Source: Macrostomum lignano
Lineage: Eukaryota
Direction: 5' to 3'
Length of the DNA stretch: 64,000 nt
Assembly: GCA_002269645.1 (NCBI GenBank)
Contig: NIVC01001391.1
Location: 234,016-298,015 of the forward strand
The notes under the pieces: model-generated
Seen by the model: the letters and a program-made list of their open reading frames with translations, nothing else
What the model was told of the DNA's origin: nothing
Database searches by the model: none
Shown: positions 12,850 to 27,043 of the stretch, in pieces
Position numbering within the stretch: position 1 is the stretch's first letter
Layout of the letters: the number at the start of each line of letters is the position of its first letter
Program-made: the position numbers and the translations under genes

Positions 12850-13850
12850 GACTGGGTGTGAAGGAGACAAGGGGAGGAGTAGACAGATGAGGAGACAAGG
12901 TAGAGGAGACAAAGGGTGAAGGAGAGAAGGGAGAGGGGATAAGGAGACAGGGTGAGGAGACAGGTAAAGAGACAGACAGGGTGAGGAGACAGGTAAGGAG
13001 ACAGGTAAAGAGACAGACAGGGTGAGGAGACAGGTAAAGAGACAGACAGGATGAGGAGACAGGTAAAGAGACAGACAGGGTGAGGAGACAGGTAAAGAGA
13101 CAGACAGGGTGAGGAGACAGGGTGAGGAGACAGGTAAAGAGACAGACAGGGTGAGGAGACAGGTAAAGAGACAGACAGGATGAGGAGACAGGTAAAGAGA
13201 CAGACAGGGTGAGGAGACAGGTAAAGAGACAGACAGGGTGAGGAGACAGGGTGAGGAGACAGGGTGAGGAGACAGGTAAAGAGACAGACAGGGTGAGGAG
13301 ACAGGGTGAGGAGACAGGTAAAGAGACAGACAGGGTGAGGAGACAGGGTGAGGAGACAGGTAAAGAGACAGACAGGATGAGGAGACAGGGTGAGGAGACA
13401 GGTAAAGAGACAGACAGGGTGAGGAGACAGGGTGAGGAGACAGGGTGAGGAGACAGGTAAAGAGACAGACAGGGTGAGGAGACAGGGTGAGGAGACAGGT
13501 AAAGAGACAGACAGGGTGAGGAGACAGGGTGAGGAGACAGGTAAAGAGACAGACAGGGTGAGGAGACAGGGTGAGGAGACAGGTAAAGAGACAGACAGGA
13601 TGAGGAGACAGGTAAAGAGACAGACAGAGTGAGGAGACAGGTAAAGAGACAGACAGGGTGAGGAGACAGGGTGAGGAGACAGGTAAAGAGACAGACAGGG
13701 TGAGGAGACAGGGTGAGGAGACAGGTAAAGAGACAGACAGGGTGAGGAGACAGGTAAAGAGACAGACAGGGTGAGGAGACAGGTAAAGAGACAGACAGGG
13801 TGAGGAGACAGGTAAAGAGACAGACAGGGTGAGGAGACAGGGTAAAAGAC
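12850..13850. repeat. GA-rich composite minisatellite
   Basis: Units GACAGGGTGAGGA and GACAGGTAAAGAGACA; the reverse complement shares TCTCCTCACCCTG with the 11725-12470 array. Confidence 0.95.
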
Positions 13851-14477
13851 AGATGAGCAGGCAGTGTGACCAGACAGGTTTAGATGGTAGGCTAGGGCAA
13901 GCAAGGCAGGAGGCAGAGATGGCCTGAGGACGGGCGCTCCGAGGCCCCTGAGAGCTGGGAAACTTTTCAAGCGGACAAAGCCAGGCCAAAATGGAAGCAC
14001 AGAGATGCGCCAATACTGAAGAGTGGCAGGGCGCGCACTGAATTGAAAACTCAGCACAATGTCAGGCGGTCGCACGCACAGTCTGGCTATTTTGTACACA
14101 TTTTGCTTTCGCGAGCTCTATATGTGACAAATAGCAGGCAGGCAGATGCCAAGTGCAGTTTCTCTGCCCGTATCGGTGGGCCGTGGCCAATGTACAAGCG
14201 GGGGGCTGGCTTAAAAACTGTGTTAGACTTGGTTATAGAAGTCTACATGCACATTTGCTTCATACTATTTTATACGACAGTTATATTTTCCATTCCTCGT
14301 GTACTTCCTAATACTGACAATTAATATGTTTATAAGGTATAAATAAAATCAATGCGAAACTTCAATGCCCAGCTCTTCATCGAGAGGGCTTTGCTGCCAT
14401 AGACATAGGCTAGAGGAAGCGGTTCCACCGTTCGCGAGTGCATCGTCTTGAGTTGAGTGCTCAGCTGGCAAGGCGTG

Positions 14478-17400
14478 ATGTACAAGCTGTGCCGACCGCG
14501 GCGGGCCTTCTTACTCAGCTCGTGCATCTGGGCCTTCATCATCTTCATAGTTGTTCGATTTGTCTCGTTTCTCCCACTGAGGCAGCCAGACTCGCCTCCG
14601 CCGCTTTTCCACCGGCTGAGCCCTCCGGCGGGGAACTTCAGCACCGGCTTCTCCGGGCCGCTGGTGCGCATTGTGCACCAATCCTGGGCGAGCCGCAAGC
14701 TGCCCGAGCAGTTCGCCGAATGGTCCCGCAGCTTCTCCGCCTGCTTCCCGGACTTTCGCCGGCGCCTGTGGACCGACAAGGACAACAGGCAGCTGATCGC
14801 GAGGCATTATCCCTGGTTTCTGAGGCGCTATGACTCTCTGGCCCCGGGGGTCCAGCGAGCTGACGTCAGCCGCCTGTTCTACATGTACCACTATGGCGGC
14901 CTGTACTGCGACCTGGACTGCGAGTGCCTGCGCGACTTCCGCCACCTGCTGGCCAATGCCAGCCTGGTCTTTGGCGCCATGCAGGTGAGCCATTGCCCGG
15001 TGTCTCAGCCCAGTATCTCCCTCTCACCCGGTGTCTCAGCCCAGTATCTCCCTCTCACCCGGTGTCTCACCCCAGTATCTCCCTCTCACTTCTCCTCACA
15101 CAGTGTCTCTCCTTCTCTCTCCTTCTCTCCCGGTGTCTTTTCTCCTCACCCGGTGTCTCACTCTCTCCCGGTGTCTCACTCTCTCCCGGTGTCTCACTCT
15201 CTCCCGGTGTCTCACTCTCTCCCGGTGTCTCACTCTCTCCCGGTGTCTCACTCTCTCCCGGTGTCTCACTCTCTCCCGGTGTCTCACTCTCTCCCGGTGT
15301 CTCACTCTCTCCCGGTGTCTCTCCTTTTCAGCCGGTATCCTACTGTAGATTAGAATGGACAGGGATCAGTCTGCAGAGACAAAGATTTGCTTAGGGCCTG
15401 TACTGTACGCGATGTGACGCCAGTAACTTATCGATTTATTCTTAGACCGCACCTTTTGCGACCCTCACCAGCCAGCCGCCCGAGTCAAACACATTCTCTC
15501 TAATGCTGTCTTTCTGCCCCGCCACATTCATGAGCGCCTTTTCAGTTAATTAACTTGACCAACCTGCCACCTCTTTTTTTGCACCCTGACGATTCGCGAC
15601 CCAGAAGATTTTAAAGCACTGATAGCAAAGTGACATGCCTTTGCGTTACTATGTCCGCCGGACAAATGTTGCCCCCCCCTCGTGAACAGAAAGCCAACAC
15701 TGGTGTCTCTCCCTCTCACACGGTGTCTCTCCCTCTCACACGGTGTCTCTCCCTCTTACACGGTGTCTCTCCCTCTCACTCGGTGTCTCTCCCTCTCACT
15801 CGTTGTCTCTCCCTCTCACACGGTGTCTCTCCCTCTCACACGGTGTCTCTCCCTCTCACTCGGTGTCTCTCCCTCTCACACGGTGTCTCTCCCTCTCACT
15901 CGGTGTCTCTCCCTCTCACACGGTGTCTCTCCCTCTCACTCGGTGTCTCTCCCTCTCACACGGTGTCTCTCCCTCTCACTCGGTGTCTCTCCCTCTCACT
16001 CGGTGTCTCTCCCTCTCACTCGTTGTCTCTCCCTCTCACACGGTGTCTCTCCCTCTCACACGGTGTCTCTCCCTCTCACACGGTGTCTCTCCCTCTCACT
16101 CGGTGTCTCTCCCTCTCACACGGTGTCTCTCCCTCTCACACGGTGTCTCTCCCTCTCACTCGGTGTCTCTCCCTCTCACTCGGTGTCTCCCTCTCACTCG
16201 GTGTCTCCCTCTCACTCAGTGCTTCCCTTTATGAACATTACCCGATTATGCATATATTATTTTAATTCCTGAATTCCTAGAATGCTGAAAATATGAGCAA
16301 GCTACAGACAACTGAGGCCCAATCCATATTGGCAGGGCCTGATGATCCGCTCACCCAGAGATCCCGCCTACGTTGCCGAGGGCCAAATTGAAAATTCATT
16401 CATGTACAGCCGGCCGCGACATCCGTTCTTTTGGGACCTCATCGTGTACTTGAATGCCACCACTGGGGAGATGCCAATCATGAGCAGCGGTGGGTCTGTG
16501 GGCTTTGAGTTGTGTCTCTAGAGCACAGACCACTGTGCGCGATTCACCTTGATAAGTTCTAGATAGGGGTGATTCTAGATAGGGGTGATTCTAGATAGGG
16601 GCGATTCTAGATAGGGTTGATTCTAGATATGGGCGATTCTAGATAGGGGAGATTCTAGATAAGGGGCGATTCTAGATAGGGGTGATTCTAGATAGGGGCG
16701 ATTCTAGATAGGGGCGATTCTGGACAAGGGAGATTCTAGATAAGGGGCGATTCTAGATAGGGCTGATTCTAGATAGGGGCGATTCTAGATAGGGGGCGAC
16801 TCTAGATAAGGGGCGATTCTAGATAGGGGCGATTCTAGATAAGGGGCGACTCTAGATAAGGGGCGATTCTAGATAAGGGGCGATTCTAGATAGGGGAGAT
16901 TCTAGATAAGGGGCGATTCTAGATAGGGGTGATTCTAGATAGGGGCGATTCTAGATAGGGGCGATTCTGGACAAGGGAGATTCTAGATAAGGGGCGATTC
17001 TAGATAGGGCTGATTCTAGATAGGGGCGATTCTAGATAGGGGGCGACTCTAGATAAGGGGCGATTCTAGATAGGGGCGATTCTAGATAAGGGGCGACTCT
17101 AGATAAGGGGCGATTCTAGATAAGGGGCGATTCTAGATAGGGGAGATTCTAGATAAGGGGCGATTCTAGATAGGGGTGATTCTAGATAGGAGCGATTCTG
17201 GACAAGGGAGATTCTAGATAAGGGGCGATTCTAGATAGGGCTGATTCTAGATAGGGGCGATTCTAGATAGGGGGCGATTCTAGATAGGGGCGATTCTAGA
17301 TAGGGGGCGACTCTAGATAAGGGGCGATTCTAGATAGGGGCGATTCTAGATAAGGGGCGACTCTAGATAAGGGGCGATTCTAGATAAGGGGCGATTCTAG

Positions 17401-17927
17401 ATAGGGGCGATTCTGGACAAGGGAGATTCTAGATAAGGGGCGATTCTAGATAGGGGCGATTCTAAATAGGTGTGATTCTAGATAGGTGTGATTCTAGATA
17501 GGTGTGATTCTAGATAGGTGTGATTCTAGATAGGGCGAGGGGCGATTCTAGATAGGTGTGATTCTAGATAGGGGCGATTCCGATGTGAGGGACTCTTGTG
17601 GGTGCACTTATAAGTAAGTCTCTGCACTTTCCGCCCGGCCCCGCAGGTCCCTACCTCATCATGAGCGGCATCCACGCGGCCAGGCAGCTGGGCATCGCGC
17701 CGTCTGGCATCCGGGTGGACGGCCGCGACTTCCTGACGGTGTACCCGCCAGCCTATTTCAACCCGTACAGCTGGATGCTGCTGAACAGCAGGCACTGCAG
17801 ACTTTATGGAAGATTCGAAAACAGAGCACAGCTCAGACAGTGCCGGGACTCCTTTCAAGACAGCTACGTAATGCAATACCACACTCAGGTGTGGGCGAAG
17901 GGCAGCTACCTAATCAGTGGTCCGTGA
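14478..17927 (+). CDS. GT32-family DXD glycosyltransferase (SUR1/OCH1/A4GALT-like), type II membrane protein, ~313 aa. Exons 14478-14984, 16336-16489, 17647-17927
   Basis: N-terminal TM segment; motifs IVHQSW, LWTD, RADVSRLFYMYHYGGLYCDLD, NSFMYSRPRHPFFW, SGP. Phases 0 and 1 are compatible; 942 nt. The exon 2 acceptor is slightly uncertain. Confidence 0.85.
14995..15320. repeat. CT-rich minisatellites at the start of GT32 intron 1
   Basis: Units such as CCGGTGTCTCACTCTCTC (18 bp). Confidence 0.9.
15695..16215. repeat. 20-bp minisatellite in GT32 intron 1
   Basis: Unit CACGGTGTCTCTCCCTCTCA. Confidence 0.95.
16555..17580. repeat. 16-17-bp minisatellite filling GT32 intron 2
   Basis: Unit GATTCTAGATA(A)GGGGC, containing the palindrome TCTAGA and a G4 run. 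Confidence 0.95.
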
Positions 17928-18097
17928 AGGAGAGAAGGCTGAACTTATGTGAATTGAAGTTAACAATTTTAATACGCCTTTTATGACTGAGTTGCGTGCA
18001 GCATGAATTTGCAGGCATACAGGCATTTTCGGCTAAATTTCATGCCCTCATTGCGTATAATACATCAAATAGCCAACTCTGACACGCCCCACACAGC

Positions 18098-18169
18098 GGC
18101 TCAGTGGTCTAGGGGTATGATACTCGCTTAGGGTGCGAGTGGTCCCGGGTTCAAATCCCGGCTGAGCCC
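18098..18169 (+). tRNA. tRNA-Pro (AGG)
   Basis: GGCTCAG/CTGAGCC acceptor stem, CTCGC-TTAGGGT-GCGAG anticodon arm, GGTTCAAATCC T-loop; canonical 72-nt eukaryotic tRNA-Pro. Confidence 0.97.
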
Positions 18170-18173
18170 AAAC

Positions 18174-18179
18174 TTTTTT
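18174..18179 (+). terminator. Pol III oligo-T terminator of tRNA-Pro
   Basis: T6 run 5 nt after the tRNA 3' end. Confidence 0.8.
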
Positions 18180-19118
18180 CGTGCAAATAATTTTTTTGTT
18201 TCCTTCTCCACGTCGCTTCAATTAACTTTTTGATCAATTGTTACATTACAAGAATTATTAATAAAACTACGGTATCTCTTTCTGTAAAAATCATTACGCA
18301 ATGCAAAATCAAGCCTTTTGTTTAATTTTTAAAACTTGTTTGACTCAACTACTAGCAGTAGAAAAACGATCATTTCGTTAAAATTCTTTCTAATTCGTAC
18401 AATTATATGTGGTGTTTTGATATGTATGCCTAAAAAAAGGTATCAAACCGGACCGGTAAACAAGCCGATCGATGGGCCTTAAAGGTGTGATTTGATTATA
18501 ATATTACATTGCGATATCGATCTTAAGTAACATGATTTTTCGCCTTTGAAAAAGAATGAACGGTTTTTCTCGTGCTTTAAAAGTTTTTAAATTATTTGTT
18601 AAAAATAAAATAAATCAATATTAAAAATTCAAACTGCCGCCAAGAACCTAGGATGCGTTCGAAATTGTAAATCGTACTTATCTAGCGAAAAAAACTGGTT
18701 AGTTAAAAAACTGTAAAATAACAAAATATACTTCTACTAGACAAATTAAATCATAAATAATGGATAATACCCATGGTATCTCATACAGGAAGAGCAATAC
18801 ATACTATAAATATAAAGTATATCAGGTTTCCCAAAAATGCTATAGCTCGTATTATAAATGAACTCCAGTTCGGTACTCCTACGCCCTGATCTCCAGCTGC
18901 GCAACATGCCGACCGAAAACTGCATTCGATTCGGTAAGCTTTTTGGAACACCGTTGCACACCAAGCAATCAAGTTGTCTTTTTTATTGATTAATTGATTA
19001 TATTGTGGTTTAGTTCCCAATGAATCAAGTAGAGATTTATTTATATAGCTATAGTTTTAGTTCCAGTCACAGTTCCAGCTGGTAGAACTAATTTCCTAAA
19101 CAGAATTGACCACCGGGC

Positions 19119-19436
19119 TCAGGCGTGCTGCTTCACTCGCCTCACAATCCCGTCGTAGTCGGCGCCCTTGAGCTCGTCGACCTCCTTGCCGTCCTTGTAG
19201 AACTTGAACGTCGGCATGCATTCGATGCCGGCGGCCGACGCCGCGTCAGCATTCTCGTCGACGTCGACCTTGGCGAACAAGACGCTGGGCGTGTCGGTGG
19301 CGAGCTGCTCGAACTTCGGGGCGATCATGCGGCAGGGGCCGCACCAGCTGGCGGTGAAGTCAATCACCACCAGCTTGCCCTGCGAACCGGTCAGCAGGTT
19401 GTCGAAGTCGGCTTTCGTTTTCAGAAAATTCACCAT
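19119..19436 (-). CDS. TXN: Thioredoxin, 105 aa, intronless CDS
   Basis: VVIDFTASWCGPCRMIAP active site, KVDVDE and MPTFKFYKDG motifs. Confidence 0.95.
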   Translation of the reverse strand: MVNFLKTKADFDNLLTGSQGKLVVIDFTASWCGPCRMIAPKFEQLATDTPSVLFAKVDVDENADAASAAGIECMPTFKFYKDGKEVDELKGADYDGIVRRVKQHA

Positions 19437-20004
19437 GTTGAATTTGGCGCAGGCTTGCGGGTCTGGCGGAAAGTCTGGGGCTTTGGGTGCAGCTCTGCGT
19501 GTCAATGTAAAACTCAAAGAGCTGGCCTTTCCGCGCCGAGGGCTGCTTTTGTCGACATCTGCCGCTGGAGGGGGCGGGTGAGTCAGGGTTGGAGAGTGCT
19601 GGTGAGCTCAGTATTTTTCCATAGTCTTTGCATGCTTGCCAACTGTATCGTGCATGGCCTCTCTTCATCTGCATCATTGAGATACTCAAAAAGTATACAA
19701 TTGTGGCAGACGTAAAATACTGGCTTTGAGCTGATGTAGCATTATAGCAAAAGACACGCCTTATAGGTTGCAAACAGTTTTTCAGCACAACATCTGTGCG
19801 TGAAGGCCTCATTAACTACGAGTCATTTTTATTTTGAATAAAATGTACTAGCGAAAAGCGGTGGAGAAGTTCAGTGACACTAATTGACAAAGCAAACTAA
19901 TTAAGTAGTGAGGAAGGGGACTGGAAGCAGATTAACTTGACGATTTTTTCACTGGAAGGCAGCTGGGCAATTTTAGGCTCGATACTTACATTTTGAAGAT
20001 CTCA

Positions 20005-20262
20005 GCCATCACACTCTGCATCACTCAGTCCCTGCATCACTCAGACCGCGCATCACTCAGACCCTGCATCACTCAGACCCTGCATCACTCAGACCCTGCA
20101 TCACTCAGACCCTGCATCACTCAGTCCCTGCATCACTCAGACCCTGCATCACTCAGACCCTGCACCACTCAGACCCTGCATCACTCAGACCCTGTATCAC
20201 TCAGACCCTGCACCACTCAGATCCTGCATCACTCAGACCCTGCATCACTCAGACCCTGCACC
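20005..20262. repeat. 16-bp minisatellite
   Basis: Unit TGCATCACTCAGACCC. Confidence 0.95.
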
Positions 20263-20554
20263 ATAGTTTCTAAACAGAATTAAGCTACAACAATGAGTCA
20301 AATTCAGTGCTAGGAAAAAGGAAACACAGGCTAATAAATCAAATATAGATTGAAAAAATTGCTAATTGCCTGAAATTCCGCTTCTGCCAGTAGTATAAAC
20401 AGCGCATTTAACTTAATTTTTACTACCAAGAAACTGTCAGAAAAAGTCCAAAGCGTTTAGCACTACTCATGACTGGCAGCAGCAAGTAGTATTACTAGGA
20501 AATTGCGGGAAAACTTGAAGTAAAAATTAAAAATTAAAAATGCGCTCAGCGCAG

Positions 20555-23281
<2,727 letters not shown>

Positions 23282-24069
23282 GGCCTTCTTCGACTCGGCT
23301 GTGGACTGGGCGATCTGTGCAGAGGTCCCACCGGTCTCGAGTTGGCGCAGTGGGGGGAGACCCGAGAGGATTTTTGTACCGCGGCTGATGGCTCAAACTC
23401 TCGAGGAGAGCCGCTTCTCTTCAGAAGCTCTCTGGAATTCCTTCTGGGGGGAAAATCCTCACCCACGCGCCCACCCCTGCCATGCAGGGACTCCTAGAAT
23501 TAGCACCGGTGGACTCGAAGACCGGCAAAGATAGTAAGTAAACCAGATCTGAAGTGGAGCTGAACAAATTCCCTGATATAATTGAATGTAATTTAAGATG
23601 GCAGATATTTTCTGTCAGATAGAATTGGAAAAATCTTATTTTAATCCAAAATAGTTGAATTTTAGGATCCCTTGTTGTTTATCCCGGCTTCCAGTCCACA
23701 GGCACTTAGAAGTCCCTGCAACCCCCCCCCCCCTACGAAAAGGAAGCACGAAGCGGTTCCGATCACCCAGTGCTGATCGATATCTCGAATGCAGTTTCAG
23801 CAGCTGCTTTTTCTCCCCTGGCCTGGCAACCTACGCTGCCTACTCTCGCGTGTACGCGGCAGTGCGAGTGCGCTGAGCAGTCTGAGTTTATGCAATTGTT
23901 GCTTCCGCGCTTGCTTGTTCTGCTATAGCCTATAGGTCTGCTATATCTGCAATCCGCAATGACCAAGCCATTGCGCTTGGAGCTGTATTGTGAGAATGCT
24001 TATTCATATTAATTGTACGCGCAGGTCACAAGCATTTGCCTTCATGGTGGATGCGATTTCCAAGTCTGA

Positions 24070-24940
24070 GCTGATCTACAGATTGATCTATTAATATTAA
24101 CTGATCTACAGACTGATCTACAGACTGATCTATTAATTTTGACTGATCTACAGATTGATCTATTAGTATTGACTGATCTACAGACTGATCTATTAATCTT
24201 AAGTGATCTACAGATTGATCTATTAATCTTACCTGATCTACAGATTGATCTATTAATCTTAACTGATCTACAGATTGATCTATTAATCTTAACTGATCTA
24301 CAGATTGATCTATTAATTTTGACTGATCTACAGACTGATCTATTAATTTTGACTGATCTACAGATTGATCTATTAATATTAACTGATCTACAGATTGATC
24401 TATTAGTATTGACTGATCTATTAGTCTTGACTGATCTATTAATCTTAAGTGATCTACAGACTGATCTATTAGTCTTGACTGATCTACAGATTGATCTATT
24501 AGTCTTGACTGATCTATTAATCTTAACTGATCTACAGATTGATTTATTAATATTAACTGATCTACAGACTGATCTATTAATTTTGACTGATCTACAGATT
24601 GATCTATTAATATTGACTGATCTATTAATCTTAAGTGATCTACAGACTGATCTATTAATATTGACTGATCTATTAATCTTAAGTGATCTACAGACTGATC
24701 TATTAATCTTAAGTGATCTACAGACTGATCTATTAGTCTTGACTGATCTACAGATTGATCTATTAGTCTTGACTGATCTATTAATCTTAAGTGATCTACA
24801 GACTGATCTATTAATCTTAAGTGATCTACAGACTGATCTATTAATCTTAACTGATCTACAGATTGATTTATTCATCTTAACTGATCTACAGATTGATCCA
24901 TAAATCTTGACTGATCTACAGACTGATCTATTAATCTTGG
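24070..24940. repeat. AT-rich ~30-bp minisatellite with 12/18-bp subunits
   Basis: Unit TGATCTACAGATTGATCTATTAATCTTAAC. Confidence 0.95.
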
Positions 24941-26319
24941 CATCCACAAACAGATAAGCACTATTGATCTACATGTACAGGCCCTGGCCAATCTCAAGTC
25001 AACAAAAATCTACAGATAGATCTCAGAAAAACACCATCGATCTACAGACAGATTTGAATTCTCCAGATTTTCCGCTAAAAATTAGCAAATTCGATTTGAA
25101 CAAATCAGAGTAGAGTTTTGTTAAATTGAAAAACTGCCTTGGAAAAACAGTTATTTATGTAGACCCCGGACCCTAATGGCTTCCGTCGTGTTTATTTAGC
25201 AAGTCAGCTAGTCGGCTTTGTTTTCAAAATTGGGAAAAACGATCTTCTTAATTAATATTATTAATTATATGTAGATATGGCTTACAAAATAGTTGACCAC
25301 CCAACAAGCGCAAACAGGCGGCTCTTGGCGCAAGCAAAACGCTGATTAAATATTTAAGAAATTAGATGACAAATCCGGGACACCGGAAAAATGACATGGG
25401 GCTGACCGCGGACCGGTGAGTGACAGGGGAATTAAATGCAGCTCGGGCGATGGCGTACTTTTTTTTCTGCAAATTTTGCCCAGGAAAAAAAGCGGACAGA
25501 ACTCGCAGTGTTCTTCTAATCTGGAACTGTTGCTTCTTTCTGTACACGAGAAGAGGAATTGCCAGGGGGGAATAGCAGAGAGTTCCAGCGGGAGCTTAAT
25601 GAGAATTTGATTTAAATAAAATAATTAGTAAGGCCGGAAAAGGCAGTGGGGAGACAAAAAATGAGGATAATAGAGAAGTACATACGAAGTAGATTCGATC
25701 AGCGCACACCAGCTAAAGGAGTTTTTAAAGTGCCACGAACAAAATGGAATGACTTTTTTCTCAAGCCTTACTACTATTACCAACAAGAAGCGGATTTTCG
25801 ATTCCAAAACAGCTGGTTTCTAAGAAAAAACGTGCACTTTAAAAACACCCCCAGATCTGATGCAAGGCTAACATAACTGTTAGGGGCGGATTGCTATGCG
25901 AGTTGAATTCAATGAATAAGCGAAATGACAGTCCGAAAATGTACTTTATCAAACAAGCAGGCGAGCACACGCCGAAACAGGTGAATAACCGTATTACAGA
26001 TCAGTATTATTATTATTGTTATTATTGACCTAAAACTGCTCAAAAACAGTCAACAAGACGGAAGAACACGCGCGAACCCTCCTACTAACAGTAGATTACT
26101 AAACCGACTTTTGCTGATCTTGTCGCCAAAAAAGATTCCTCAAATGAAGCCAGCAATTTGATTTGAAAAAGAAGAGAATTATCCCTGCGTCGTGCGCACG
26201 GGCTCAGAAATGTCAGAAAGTTTGTTGGCTTGCAAAATCGATGCGGGAAGGGATGATGAAGAACTGAGCAGATGGGAGTCCAAATACTCAAACCAAGACC
26301 TTGAGCGACCTTGACCAAG

Positions 26320-26486
26320 ACACACTTGCATAGATCATCAGAGAGAGTGACACACTTGCATAGATCATCAGAGAGAGTGACACACTTGCATAGATCATCA
26401 GAGAGAGTGACACACTTGCATAGATCATCAGACAGAGAGAGAGAGAGAGAGATCAGCAGAGAGAGTGATACACTTGCATAGATCAT

Positions 26487-26531
<45 letters not shown>

Positions 26532-26830
26532 TGACACAGATGAGGGGAGAGTGACACACACAGACAGATCAGAGAGTCATACACACACTATGGTAGAGTG
26601 TGACACACAGAGATGAGGGGAGAGTGACACAGATCAGAGTCATACACACACTATGGTAGAGTGTGACACACAGAGATGAGGGGAGAGTGACACACAGATC
26701 AGAGTCATACACACACTATGGTAAAGTGTGACACAGAGATGAGTGGAGAGTGACACACACAGATCAGAGTCATACACACACCATGGTAGTGTGACACACA
26801 CAGATGAGTGGAGAATGACACACAGATCAG
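26320..26830. repeat. Composite GA/CA-rich tandem repeats
   Basis: Units GAGAGTGACACACTTGCATAGATCATCAGA and GAGAGTCATACACACACTATGGTAGAGTGTGACAC. Confidence 0.85.
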
Positions 26831-27043
26831 CAGAGCATTAGTGAGACAGCAACACTGCAAGCCGACGTGCCAGCGCAAATTGCTGCTGCTCAGAACGCCA
26901 GAACAGACGGGGATGTCGGGCATAGAAACACACGGGGCCGCGCCATAGAAACGGAACCATCGCACGCTGGCTGCAGTAGCGCAAAAAGCAGCGGCACAAT
27001 CTTCGACAGGCAGCTGGCAGTGTCAAGAGGAGCCGACGCAAAG

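Noticed and set aside
13995-14050. CTGAAGA...GAAA as a hammerhead ribozyme
   Set aside because: Stem II does not close directly onto GAAA, and no stems I/III or NUH site are evident.
11649-14099. Long ORFs of 250-470 aa (SPCLLL/SPHPV repeats)
   Set aside because: Stop-free translations of CT-rich minisatellites, open in several frames at once.
16329-16341. TTGGCAGGGCCTG at the GT32 exon 2 acceptor resembling CAGGCCCTGGCCAA at 24978 (shared transposon end)
   Set aside because: Only ~13 nt of similarity and no partner TIR or TSD found; noted because it makes this acceptor slightly uncertain.
19575-19590. AP-1/ARE-like TGAGTCA and GC box upstream of thioredoxin
   Set aside because: Short motifs expected by chance; lacks the full TGACnnnGC antioxidant element.
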